NCBI GenBank assembly: GCA_030682795.1
Contig: JAUXNJ010000019.1
Location: forward strand, 94,627 to 158,626
Source: Sphingobacteriaceae bacterium
GTDB taxonomy: Bacteria > Bacteroidota > Bacteroidia > UBA7662
Direction: 5' to 3'
DNA length: 64,000 bases
A model generated the notes under the pieces. The model was given only the letters and a program-made list of their open reading frames with translations, searched no databases and had not been told where the DNA came from. Shown here one piece after another: positions 11,308 through 21,480 of the stretch. Each line of letters opens with the position of its first letter. The first letter of the stretch is position 1. The position numbers were made by a program, and so were the translations under genes.

Positions 11308-11535
11308 ATGCTTAAAAAGATGCGCCACGTAACCATTTACACTACCGATAAAGAGTATAGCCATTTTATTGAATTGGCCAGAAATTTACATTATGTAAAA
11401 CGCATTGAAACCGATGAAGAAGATGACGCTCAAAATGTAATACAAAACATCCAAACAGGCTTGGAAGAGGTAAATCAGTTCAAAAAAGGAGCGTTAAAAA
11501 CCACATCAGCTCAAGATTTTTTAAATGAGTTATAG
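11308..11535 (+). CDS. Putative antitoxin of a type II TA pair
   Basis: 75 aa with acidic C-terminus (..GLEEVNQFKKG..SAQDFLNEL), overlapping the downstream RelE-type gene. Confidence 0.65.
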   Translation: MLKKMRHVTIYTTDKEYSHFIELARNLHYVKRIETDEEDDAQNVIQNIQTGLEEVNQFKKGALKTTSAQDFLNEL

Positions 11536-11851
11536 CGTTGAGCTCACAGAAAACTTCAAAAAAGAAGTCAAGCGCCTCTTAAAAAAATATCCGTCGCTCA
11601 AAGGCGAACTCGTTGTTCTTTTCAATGAACTCAGCATTCACCCAACCGTTGGCACACCGTTAGGCAACGACATTTACAAAATCAGATTGGCTGTTGCCTC
11701 TAAAAACAAAGGCAAATCCGGCGGTGCCAGAGTTTTGTCATTTGTGAAAGTTACCAAAACAACTGTACTTCTTTTCAGCATTTACTCCAAAGGGGAAGTG
11801 GATAGTCTTACCGACAAACAAATACAGGAGCTCATTAAAAAACACTTATAA
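11525..11851 (+). CDS. RelE/ParE-superfamily (HigB-2/DUF1044-like) toxin
   Basis: Basic 108 aa with YKIRLAVASKNKGKSGGARV and LFSIYSK motifs. Confidence 0.82.
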   Translation: MSYSVELTENFKKEVKRLLKKYPSLKGELVVLFNELSIHPTVGTPLGNDIYKIRLAVASKNKGKSGGARVLSFVKVTKTTVLLFSIYSKGEVDSLTDKQIQELIKKHL

Positions 11852-11917
11852 GCTCGACATTGGGCAGACTCCTCGTGTTCTTATTTCTTTCCCCTTTTTA
11901 TAGTTCAAGTTCCAAGC

Positions 11918-12508
11918 ATGCCTTTCACCCTTAGTTTAGTCGAAACCACCGCCGCCATTTTTGGCGTGCTCAGCGTAATTTTAGCGCGTTATGCGCACAT
12001 TGGGGTGTTTCCTACCGGCTTGGTGAGCACCCTACTTTACATCTACATTTGTTTTGGGGCAGGCTTGTATGCCGATATGGGCGTGAATGCCTGGTACGCC
12101 AGCATGAGTGTGTATGGCTGGTGGCGGTGGACGCGACCGGTGGCGGGCGAGCAGGTACGGCCTATAGCCTTTGCGAGTCGCCGCGACTGGCGTGTTTTTG
12201 GACTATTGAGTGGCGGCAGTTTGCTCGCTATTTACTTCCTGCTCGCGCGTTACACCGACAGCACTGTACCCTTGGCCGATGCTTTTACCACGGCTGTCGC
12301 CATCGGGGGGATGTATTTGATGGCCGAGAAAAAAGTCGAAAATTGGCTGGCTTGGATCGTGGTAGATGTGGCCTCCATCTTTTTATACGCCTACAAAGGT
12401 TTACCGGTGAGCAGCATGCAGTTTGTTTTTTTTACCATTCTAGCCCTTTGGGGATGGCACAGCTGGCAAAAGGTGGCAACGGCAGCCCCTGAAGTCAACC
12501 TTCCTTAA
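11918..12508 (+). CDS. pnuC: Nicotinamide riboside transporter PnuC
   Basis: YGWWRW, DAFTT and KKVENWLAWIVVD motifs; multi-TM. Confidence 0.88.
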   Translation: MPFTLSLVETTAAIFGVLSVILARYAHIGVFPTGLVSTLLYIYICFGAGLYADMGVNAWYASMSVYGWWRWTRPVAGEQVRPIAFASRRDWRVFGLLSGGSLLAIYFLLARYTDSTVPLADAFTTAVAIGGMYLMAEKKVENWLAWIVVDVASIFLYAYKGLPVSSMQFVFFTILALWGWHSWQKVATAAPEVNLP

Positions 12509-12696
12509 TCCACCGGAAGCACCCGTACACGCTGTTCAGGTGCACATCCCTCACAGGACCATGGTACTCCCTTTTTTTGCATTGGCAGTACCCGCACTAC
12601 TTCTTCGGGTAAAGGCCAATAATACACCAGCAAGGAGAGCATCCATAAAATGAGCATGACACATAGTGACCGTAAAATGGCTTTCCGTATACACAT
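12505..12696 (-). CDS. Small hypothetical membrane protein (one TM, CEGC motif)
   Basis: 63-aa ORF fills the pnuC-menI gap; stop overlaps the pnuC stop. Confidence 0.35.
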   Translation of the reverse strand: MCIRKAILRSLCVMLILWMLSLLVYYWPLPEEVVRVLPMQKKGVPWSCEGCAPEQRVRVLPVD

Positions 12697-12807
12697 GCCC
12701 TTATTTACGAGCCAAATGCACAGTCGGATTGCCCCAGTCTCTATTTCTTCAGCTGCGGAAACGAATTAGAAAAACACTATTTCGTGCTTTAATGTTAATT
12801 TCGCAAC

Positions 12808-13224
12808 ATGGACGAAGCCACTATCCTCGCACACATCAATTCCAAATTGCCCGGCACCTTGGGTGAAAGTTTGGGCATGCACTTTACCGTAGCCCGTGAA
12901 GGTTACCTCGAAGCCACCATGCCCGTTGACCAACGTACCGTGCAGCCTTACGGCATTTTACACGGCGGATCTTCGGTGGCCCTGGCCGAAACCCTCGGCA
13001 GTGTTGGTTCTAACATGCTGGCGGGTGAAGGCTTGGTGGCGGTAGGACTCGAAATCAACGCCAACCACATTCGGGCGGTGCGCTCGGGCCTAGTAACGGG
13101 CAAAGCCAGCATCCTGCACAAAGGCCGCCAAACCCATGTGTGGGACATTAAACTATACGACGAGCGCGAGCACCTGGTATGCGTTTGTCGCTTCACCGCT
13201 GCCATCGTAAACAACCGCGCCTGA
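12808..13224 (+). CDS. menI: Hotdog-fold thioesterase, probable DHNA-CoA hydrolase (MenI/YdiI-like)
   Basis: QPYGILHGGSSVALAETLGS and VGLEINANH motifs; first gene of the men cluster. Confidence 0.75.
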   Translation: MDEATILAHINSKLPGTLGESLGMHFTVAREGYLEATMPVDQRTVQPYGILHGGSSVALAETLGSVGSNMLAGEGLVAVGLEINANHIRAVRSGLVTGKASILHKGRQTHVWDIKLYDEREHLVCVCRFTAAIVNNRA

Positions 13225-13225
13225 T

Positions 13226-14374
13226 TTGATCCACACCTCCATCAAGCGCATTGCCTCTTTGCAAAAGCTGTTCAACACAGCTGTGGCCAGCTCCTTTCCA
13301 ATGGTTAGCTACCGCCTGCCTGGTGCCGCGGAGCCCGAAAGCTGCTTGCAGCTCGACGAGCAGCCCTTGTTTTGGAGCGAAGGGGCGGCAGATGGCTTTG
13401 TTGTAGCGCCTTTCGACTTTCCCAATACCGCAGCCCGCTGGTTGCGGCGCGATTTGGCCTTTACCGGTTTTCAGTTTGACCCTGCCCAAGCCCGTACGGG
13501 TATGCTGCACACTGGGCAATTACTTCAGCTTTCGGCTTTTTACGAGCAATTGGGAGAAACAACTGCGCAAGAATGGTCGGCTGTAACGCTTGACGCGGGG
13601 AAAACCGTTTCGCAAGCCGACTACCTGGTGCAGGTGCAGGCAGCCTTAAGCGCCATTGCTAGGGGAACCATGCAAAAAATAGTGCTCTCACGGGTAAAGC
13701 AAGTGCCTTTGGCACCCGATGCCCATCCCGCCCAGCTGTTCGAAAAGCTCTGTAGGGCTTATCCACAAGCTTTTGTAAGTCTGGTAAGCGTACCTGGTCT
13801 CGGCATTTGGCTCGGGGCCTCGCCCGAATTGCTGCTCAAAAGCGATGGTGAAGCTTTCGAAACCATGTCGTTGGCTGGTACCCGGTCGGCGACTGGTGAA
13901 ATGCAGCCCTGGACCGACAAAGAAATGCGGGAGCAGTCCGTGGTAACCGACTACATCCGCGAAAAACTCAGTGCGGCAGGCTTAGCAGTAGCTGTTTCGC
14001 CACAAGAAACCGTGCAAGCAGGACAGGTTTTTCACTTGCGCAACCTCATCAGCGCCCGCGGCCACGCCAGTCATTTTGCCTTGGTGCAGGCTTTGCACCC
14101 CACTCCGGCGGTCTGTGGCCTTCCCGTTGATGCAGCACGCAACTACCTGCAGTTCCACGAAGCCCACCAAAGGGGTTTGTACGGTGGCTTCCTTGGCCCG
14201 GTGGATGCCCAAGGTCAGGCCCAGCTCTATGTAAATTTGCGTTCGATGGAACTTCACAAGGGCTCCGCGAGCTTGTATTTAGGTGGAGGCATTGTGGCCG
14301 GCTCGGTACCAACGGCCGAATGGGAAGAAACCGAGCACAAAGCTGCCACATTACTGCGTATCTTGCAGCACTGA
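13226..14374 (+). CDS. menF: Isochorismate synthase
   Basis: KIVLSR, GASPELLL, SLAGT, LHPTPAVCG and YVNLRSM chorismate-binding motifs. Confidence 0.85.
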   Translation: MIHTSIKRIASLQKLFNTAVASSFPMVSYRLPGAAEPESCLQLDEQPLFWSEGAADGFVVAPFDFPNTAARWLRRDLAFTGFQFDPAQARTGMLHTGQLLQLSAFYEQLGETTAQEWSAVTLDAGKTVSQADYLVQVQAALSAIARGTMQKIVLSRVKQVPLAPDAHPAQLFEKLCRAYPQAFVSLVSVPGLGIWLGASPELLLKSDGEAFETMSLAGTRSATGEMQPWTDKEMREQSVVTDYIREKLSAAGLAVAVSPQETVQAGQVFHLRNLISARGHASHFALVQALHPTPAVCGLPVDAARNYLQFHEAHQRGLYGGFLGPVDAQGQAQLYVNLRSMELHKGSASLYLGGGIVAGSVPTAEWEETEHKAATLLRILQH

Positions 14375-14390
14375 TACGCTTTTTGAAAGC

Positions 14391-16048
14391 ATGCCCCAGC
14401 ACGACAAACAACATTTGAGCGATTTACTGTACTTGCTGCAGCAATACGGCCTGCAACAGGCGGTACTTTGTCCCGGCTCCCGGTCTGCTCCCCTTACCCT
14501 CGCCTTTGCGCGGCAAAACAGCATCCACTGCAGCACAGCGGTAGATGAACGCTCCGCTGCCTACATTGCGCTTGGCAAGAGTTTGGCTACGGCGCAGCCC
14601 ACCGCTTTGGTGTGTACTTCGGGGACTGCCCTGCTCAATTTTGCGCCTGCAGTGGCCGAGGCCTTTTACTTGCGAGTGCCGCTATTGATTTTATCGGCCG
14701 ACCGGCCCGCAGCTTGGGTGGATCAGTTAGATGGACAAACCATTCGGCAAGACCAAATACTCGCTAAACATACTGTTTTTAGTGCCACTTTGCCCGAACG
14801 CAGTGATACCGATATCGACCGCTGGCATGCCGCAAGGCTTGTGCAAGAGGCTTGGAACAAAGCGATTCAGCTGCGCGGACCAGTGCACTTAAACATTCCA
14901 TTGCGCGAACCGCTGTATGAGTCATTGCCCACCAGTACTGACTTGCCCAAGGCCTTGCAATGGCAAGCAGCCTTGCCGCAAATGCAATTACCTGGCACTA
15001 TACTCGAACGTTGGCTGCAGGCCAAAAGCATTTTGCTGGTTGGTGGCCAACAAGCCCCCAATACCCAACTACAGGCCGCGCTCAACCAGGTGTTAAAAGA
15101 CCCACGGGTGGTGCTTTTAAGCGAGCCTGTAAACAACTTACAAGGCGGCATCGAGCAACATGAAGCCATTTGCGCCACAAAACCTGCCCAATTACAGGCC
15201 GATTTATTGATCAGCTGGGGCGAGCAAGTGGTGGCTAAGCAGCTTAAAATTTGGCTACGCAGCTATCCCGCCACCGAACATTGGCGGCTTGGGGTAGATG
15301 GCCAAATAGCCGACCCCTACCGGCAATTGCAAATGCTCGTGGCCATGGATCCAACTACTCTTTTCAGTGGAGTAGCACAGTTACCAGCAGGATCAGGCCA
15401 TTACCAGCAGCTTTGGAAGCAGGCTGAGGCCAGCATCCACCATAAAATTCAGCCCTTTTTTGAGGCGCTACCTTTTGGAGATTTAAAAGTGATGTTCCGA
15501 ATGGCACAAAAGCTCGGTGCTACCGATGCTTTGCACCTCGGCAACAGCACCCCAATACGCTATTGGCAGATGTTACCGCAGCCGCCGGCACTGGCTTGGT
15601 TGCATGCGAACCGCGGCACCAGCGGCATCGACGGTGTGAGTAGTACAGCATTGGGCTTTGCCAGCGTGGTGGACCATACCACTTGGTTGATAACGGGTGA
15701 GCTCAGTTTTGTGTACGACCTCAATGCCTTCAGCAGCAGCGAGCGGCCCAAAAACCTCAAAATCCTTGTGATCAACAATGGCGGTGGCGATATTTTTAGA
15801 CTCATCGACGGTCCGAGCACCCAGCCCGAGCGTGAAACTTACTTTGCCACCCCGCGCAACATCGATGTGCAGTCACTGGCCAAAGGCTGGGGCGTCACTT
15901 CATACTTGGCTACCGATGAAGTATCTTTGCAAAATGGCTTGCAAGCCCTGCGCGATAGCCAAGAAACCGCCATTTTAGAAGTCCGCACCGAACCTTCGGT
16001 GAACCAAAACGTTTATAAAGCTTACCAACAACTCATAAAAAGCAACGC

Positions 16049-16052
<4 letters not shown>
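14391..16052 (+). CDS. menD: SEPHCHC synthase MenD
   Basis: [31 protein letters not shown] and INNGGG motifs; start ATG 14391. Confidence 0.95.
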
Positions 16053-16873
<821 letters not shown>

Positions 16874-16958
16874 GCTAGTGGCGGACGAAGCGACTGGACC
16901 AAAGGAGAAACCAACCTTCTCCGCGCCCTCCGTGTGCTCCGTATTTTACAATATTTTA

Positions 16959-16979
16959 GGCCCCGCAAGGGGCTTTTTT
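16959..16979 (+). terminator. Intrinsic terminator after menB
   Basis: GCCCC-GCAA-GGGGC followed by TTTTTT. Confidence 0.75.
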
Positions 16980-17027
16980 CATGACTTTCAATCCGATCAA
17001 AAGAATCAGTAAAGTAGGACCCTTGGA

Positions 17028-17648
17028 TTATGTATTGTCTGTACTAGTGAGTACAATCAAATCAAAATACATCAGGCGTGTTAACAGCTCTTTTTCAGGT
17101 GGCTGATTTGTATACTCCTTTTCTTGATCCTCTGAACTGAACAACACCTCAAAGCCATTGCGTTTGTAATACCTCAACGGTGCCTCTTCGTTATAAGCAT
17201 CGACTACCATAAAGCGACAGCCTGTTTTGTTTGCGTTATCTATAAACCAAAATTTAATGAAGTCCATCAATTGATCGCCAACTGATTTCTCTTCACCGGC
17301 TAGTTTACGGAAAGCGGTACCCACGCCTAATCGTCCGATTAGCACAGCAGGATAGCTTTTCATTTGCTTCTGTCTTGGAATTTCGGCATTTACTTTTTTC
17401 TTCCTTGCATTGGGAAGAGAATATGTTTTGATGCTATCGTTTGCAATGGTAAATGCTGCTACGATCTGCTTATCGTCTTCGTCCAGCGTGAAACAGTAGC
17501 TTTTTCCCAGCAGTTCTGCGGTGTAATGCAGCACATCCGAAGCAAAAAAATCATTTAAATCGGCATTTCCACAATCAAAGGATTGGCAATACGCCAGCGT
17601 TTCGGCGTCGTAAGGCTTCAATGTGCATTTTTCAAAAAGAAAGCCCAC
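17028..17648 (-). CDS. GNAT N-acetyltransferase, AtaT/TacT toxin-like
   Basis: FDCGNADLNDFF, YPAVLIGRLGV, GCRFMVVDAYN and YYKRNGF motifs. Confidence 0.82.
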   Translation of the reverse strand: MGFLFEKCTLKPYDAETLAYCQSFDCGNADLNDFFASDVLHYTAELLGKSYCFTLDEDDKQIVAAFTIANDSIKTYSLPNARKKKVNAEIPRQKQMKSYPAVLIGRLGVGTAFRKLAGEEKSVGDQLMDFIKFWFIDNANKTGCRFMVVDAYNEEAPLRYYKRNGFEVLFSSEDQEKEYTNQPPEKELLTRLMYFDLIVLTSTDNT

Positions 17649-17657
17649 CGTCTCTTC

Positions 17658-17813
17658 TTAAATCTTCGCTTTCGCCAGTATTTTGGCTGATACCGCGGCT
17701 TGTTTAGAAAATTTGACGGTCGATTTTTTAGCTACGGCAGCATTCGCTTTTCTATTGAATGCGCTAGCAACTTCCTTTTTTAAAACAGGTACTACTTTAA
17801 TTGCGTTTGCCAT
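17658..17813 (-). CDS. 51-aa basic peptide, putative GNAT partner/antitoxin (not in the ORF track)
   Basis: Hand translation MANAIKVVPVLKKEVASAFNRKANAAVAKKSTVKFSKQAAVSAKILAKAKI*; ends 9 nt before the GNAT GTG. Confidence 0.7.
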   Translation of the reverse strand: MANAIKVVPVLKKEVASAFNRKANAAVAKKSTVKFSKQAAVSAKILAKAKI

Positions 17814-18181
17814 GGTAACACGCTTTGAATCAAAACAAATATAACAAGCTTTATCAACTTAAACTAAACGACTTTAGTTTGTTTCACTGTACCATTTCTG
17901 TAAAATATTGAATCGACTTTAACATTAAATGCAAAAGCTCATGTAAACGCTCCGCATTTTAAAAAAACTAGAAGGCCCCTCCAGAAGCTTTTTCCATGCC
18001 TCGTTGAAGTGCAGAAAAAGTTAAATTAGGGCTACATTATTTAAGTTTAGGGGCCTAAAGTTAAAAAAGCGCTTTGGACAGCATACGCAACCAAATCGTC
18101 CTCATACTTGACTGAGCTAGCCTTTTCCCAGCGCGTGCTCAAAACGGCATTTTGCAGCCGCTTTATATCCACACTAGAAAA

Positions 18182-19129
18182 TCAACCCCTAAAATCGTAA
18201 ATCAACGCCGGCCGCTGCGTAATCTCATGATAACTCACCACCCCTTTGCGGAAGTAATGAAACACCATGCTTTTGCGGGTGCGGGCGCGGTCAAGTTGCG
18301 GGTTGCCGCCATGGAAGAGGTTAGCGTGCCAAATCAGGATATCGCCTTTTTTGGCTTGGAAAACAGTCTTTTGCAGGCCCAGCTCCGCGATGCGGGCCGC
18401 CATGAAGTCTTCGTACACGCTGTAGTCCTTGTCGCCAATGAACCAGCGGTTGCCTTCGTTTTGGTAGTCGGCATTGAGGTAATACGGCAACTTGTGGCTG
18501 CCTGGATAGTAGTGCAGCGGTCCGTTGTTGTCGTCAATGTCCTCGAGCGCGAACCATACGCCAAGCATGCCGCCGGCGGGGTAGGTGGTCATGTGGATGC
18601 TGTCGCTATGCGTATGCTGCTCGCTGCCGGTGAGGAAGTTGATGCTGTGGAAAAGCCGCGCCTCGCCTTGCAGCAGCACGCTCAGCAGCTCGAGGAGCTC
18701 AGGACGGAGACCCTTGCTGCGCACATTTTCGGAGCGCAAAATAAGCTGGGTGAGTTTGTTGCGGTAGCGGTAATGGATTTTGCCCGAATTAAACAGGGCT
18801 TCAATTTCGGAGTTGATCGCATCTACCTCTTCGCCCTTTAAAAAACCACGGATCACGGCAAAGCCTTGTTCGGGATAGGCGCGCAACGAGGCCTGACTTT
18901 CTGTATCGACTTGTGCGAACAGTTGGCATTTTTCGATGGCCGCTGCAGTTGGCAGGGGTAAATGCTGCTGCGGCAACTGCTTAAAATCGGCACTCGAAAC
19001 CGGTGAAAAATACCGCTTGTTCAGCTTCAACTGTCGGTACGCCGCCTCGTTGTGCCGCAGCAAATGCGGTTGAAAGAGGTTGTAAGCGGCATAGGTGATT
19101 TTAAGGCGACGAAGCAAAGCGGTTAGCAT
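18182..19129 (-). CDS. Phytanoyl-CoA dioxygenase (PhyH) family 2OG-Fe(II) oxygenase
   Basis: HSD iron ligand; WFALEDI..NGPL.YYPGSH and KGDILIWHANLFHGG motifs. Confidence 0.85.
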   Translation of the reverse strand: MLTALLRRLKITYAAYNLFQPHLLRHNEAAYRQLKLNKRYFSPVSSADFKQLPQQHLPLPTAAAIEKCQLFAQVDTESQASLRAYPEQGFAVIRGFLKGEEVDAINSEIEALFNSGKIHYRYRNKLTQLILRSENVRSKGLRPELLELLSVLLQGEARLFHSINFLTGSEQHTHSDSIHMTTYPAGGMLGVWFALEDIDDNNGPLHYYPGSHKLPYYLNADYQNEGNRWFIGDKDYSVYEDFMAARIAELGLQKTVFQAKKGDILIWHANLFHGGNPQLDRARTRKSMVFHYFRKGVVSYHEITQRPALIYDFRG

Positions 19130-19263
19130 GTTCGAAAATACGGAGAAGGGGTGAAAGTTGGATGCCTATTGATTTAGTTAAGGACCTTCTAGCAGGCTAG
19201 GTTACTCTGACAAAGAAAAATGTCAGAAAAATTGTAAATTGTGACGACCAATAAGGAGAAATC

Positions 19264-19509
19264 ATGGGGGCTATAGAGCTGAAATCTGACTTGCACAAAA
19301 TGCTCGACCAAATCGAGAATGAACAGTTGCTCAGAACCATTTATGACTTTTTGAAGGAGCGGACTAACGCCCCTGAGGGTGCCATTTGGGAGTCATTGAC
19401 GGAGGAGCAAAAAAAAGAGGTTCAATTGTCTTATGAAGAATCTCAAGTAGAAGAGCCATTAATAGCTTGGGAGGAGCTTAAGAAAAAGCACCCATGGAAG
19501 TCCTCGTAA
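19264..19509 (+). CDS. Putative antitoxin (addiction module component)
   Basis: Acidic 81 aa (WESLTEEQKKEVQLSYEES..WEELKKK) overlapping the ParE-type gene. Confidence 0.65.
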   Translation: MGAIELKSDLHKMLDQIENEQLLRTIYDFLKERTNAPEGAIWESLTEEQKKEVQLSYEESQVEEPLIAWEELKKKHPWKSS

Positions 19510-19778
19510 CACCGAGAGCAGCGCAAAAATTTGAAGCGCTTGTTGCTTTTATTACCCATAAATGGGGTGAAAAAGCGGCTTCAGCTTTCATTCAAAATAT
19601 GGATGCTGCATTTTCCCAGCTTCAATCCTATCCTTTACTGGGAGCAATAGAGCATCTCGACATCAGAGGGCTTCAGGTATCTGCCCAAACAAGGATATTC
19701 TATCGAATACGAAATAATAAAATCATCATTATTTCTTTTTTCGACGTCAAACAGCACCCTAAAAAGCGGCTTGGTTAG
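19494..19778 (+). CDS. RelE/ParE-family toxin
   Basis: TPRA..KWGEKAA..F..YPLLG..RIFYRI..IISFFDVKQHP pattern. Confidence 0.8.
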   Translation: MEVLVTPRAAQKFEALVAFITHKWGEKAASAFIQNMDAAFSQLQSYPLLGAIEHLDIRGLQVSAQTRIFYRIRNNKIIIISFFDVKQHPKKRLG

Positions 19779-19782
19779 CGTT

Positions 19783-20073
19783 CTAACCGTTTAAAATATC
19801 CGCATAGGAAGCATCCCCCTCCATCACCTTTTTGGCAAAGGGACAAAGCGGCAGCACTTTGATGCCTTTAGCGCGGGCAAAAGCAGCACCGGCTGCCACC
19901 AGTTTTTTGCCGGCTCCTGTGCCGCGCAGGGCGTCGCTTACTTCGGTGTGGTCGATGATGATGCGCTCGCTGCCCGACCATACGTAGGTCATTTCAGCAA
20001 GCTTTTGGCCGGCTTCTTCTACATAAAAAGCACCTCTGTGGCCATCTTCGCGGTGTTTGATGTTGATTTCCAA
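19783..20073 (-). CDS. Small GNAT acetyltransferase (YjdJ-like)
   Basis: IIIDHTEV..LRGTGAGKKLV..KVLPLCPFA motif. Confidence 0.88.
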   Translation of the reverse strand: MEINIKHREDGHRGAFYVEEAGQKLAEMTYVWSGSERIIIDHTEVSDALRGTGAGKKLVAAGAAFARAKGIKVLPLCPFAKKVMEGDASYADILNG

Positions 20074-20120
20074 GGCTAAATATAATAATAAAACATGGAG
20101 GTCACGGAGAGGGGGATGTC

Positions 20121-20161
20121 GATTCTTGATTTGCGATTTCGATTAGCGATTTATGATTTGG
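20121..20161 (+). repeat. Degenerate GATTNN(N) 6-7-mer tandem repeats
   Basis: gattctt gatttgc gatttc gattagc gatttat gatttgg; same family as 44236-44289. Confidence 0.6.
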
Positions 20162-20217
20162 TAGTGAAGTAAATGTTTACACCTGCATATGACTATCATA
20201 CTGCGCAGCCTCCTAAA

Positions 20218-20365
20218 CGCAAGGGCCCGCTCTGTCTTTGAGCGACCAAAGGGAGCGGTCTGTTAGGGAGCTACCGGCGACCGGTCTGTTAGCAAACCAA
20301 AGGTTTGCTGTCTGAAAAGCGAACCGCAAGTGAGCGGTCTGTAAAGCGACCGAAGGGAGCGCTCT
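20218..20365 (+). repeat. GGTCTG/tandem-GA hairpin array, copy 1 (five hairpins)
   Basis: CGCAAGGGCC leader, then hairpins GCGACCAAAGGGAGC, GGGAGCTACCGGCGACC, GCAAACCAAAGGTTTGC, GCGAACCGCAAGTGAGC and GCGACCGAAGGGAGC separated by (G/T)GTCTG linkers. Confidence 0.8.
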
Positions 20366-20383
20366 ATACACTATCTTTGCAAG

Positions 20384-21448
20384 ATGTCATCTACTACCAA
20401 AACCGACATCCGTGCACTGAACCAGGCGGAACTCACCGAGGCGATCACCGCCATGGGCGAAAAGGCTTTCCGTGCCAAACAGGTGTACGAATGGCTGTGG
20501 AGCAAGGGGGCTCGATCGTTCGACGATATGACCAACCTTTCGGTAGCACTACGGGCGCAGCTCAACGAACGCTTTACCATCAACCACATCCACATCGACG
20601 AAGAGCAAAAAAGCAACGACGGCACCATCAAAAATGCCGTGAAGCTGTTCGACGGCCGGGTGGTAGAATCGGTCCTCATTCCCACCGACACCCGCATCAC
20701 CGCTTGCATCAGCAGCCAGGTGGGTTGCAGCTTAGACTGCACCTTCTGCGCCACCGCCCGCCTCAAGCGCATGCGCAACCTCAATCCCGACGAGATTTAC
20801 GACCAAGTTGTAGCCATCCGCCACCAAGCCGAGCAGTATTTCGACCGACCACTGACCAACATTGTGCTCATGGGCATGGGCGAACCCCTGCTCAACTACA
20901 ACAACGTACTGGCCGCTATCGAAAAAATCACTTCGCCCCAAGGCCTGGGCATGTCGCCACGGCGCATCACCCTCAGCACGGTGGGCATCACCAAAATGAT
21001 TCGCAAGCTGGCTGATGATGGGGTGAAATTCAAACTGGCCGTGAGTCTGCACTCGGCCATCGACGAAAAACGCTCGAAGCTGATGCCCATCAACGAAACC
21101 AATACCCTCGAGGAGCTGGTGGCTTCGTTGCTGTACTGGTACGAAAAAACTGGAAGCCGTGTTACCTTCGAATATGTGGTTTGGCGGGGAATCAACGACG
21201 GGGAAGAAGACATCCGCGCCTTGGTAAAACTCTGCAAAAAACTACCATGCAAGGTCAACATCATTGAATACAACCCCATCGACGACGGTATTTATCAGCA
21301 GGCCGACCGTGCCCGGGTAGATGCCTACATCAATGCCTTAGAAAAAGCCGGAGTTACCGCGGTGGTGCGTCGGTCGCGCGGCAAAGACATAGATGCTGCC
21401 TGTGGCCAGCTGGCCAACAAAAACCTCAGCATCGAAGCAGCACCATAA
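20384..21448 (+). CDS. rlmN: 23S rRNA m2A2503/tRNA methyltransferase RlmN
   Basis: CISSQVGCSLDCTFC radical-SAM motif; MGMGEPLLN and DIDAACGQL motifs. Confidence 0.97.
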   Translation: MSSTTKTDIRALNQAELTEAITAMGEKAFRAKQVYEWLWSKGARSFDDMTNLSVALRAQLNERFTINHIHIDEEQKSNDGTIKNAVKLFDGRVVESVLIPTDTRITACISSQVGCSLDCTFCATARLKRMRNLNPDEIYDQVVAIRHQAEQYFDRPLTNIVLMGMGEPLLNYNNVLAAIEKITSPQGLGMSPRRITLSTVGITKMIRKLADDGVKFKLAVSLHSAIDEKRSKLMPINETNTLEELVASLLYWYEKTGSRVTFEYVVWRGINDGEEDIRALVKLCKKLPCKVNIIEYNPIDDGIYQQADRARVDAYINALEKAGVTAVVRRSRGKDIDAACGQLANKNLSIEAAP

Positions 21449-21480
21449 GGCCGCCTTACCGAAGCAAGACGGCCCTTTTA

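Noticed and set aside
16918..16942. CTCCGCGCC CTCCGTGTG CTCCGT nonamer-like repeat (complementary echo near 20095-20110)
   Set aside because: Resembles tracts I recall around GxxExxY genes, but it is too short and no such gene is present.
20218..20365. Hairpin arrays as a mini-CRISPR
   Set aside because: The constant part is only ~9 nt, the variable parts are themselves palindromic and related to each other, and there are no cas genes.
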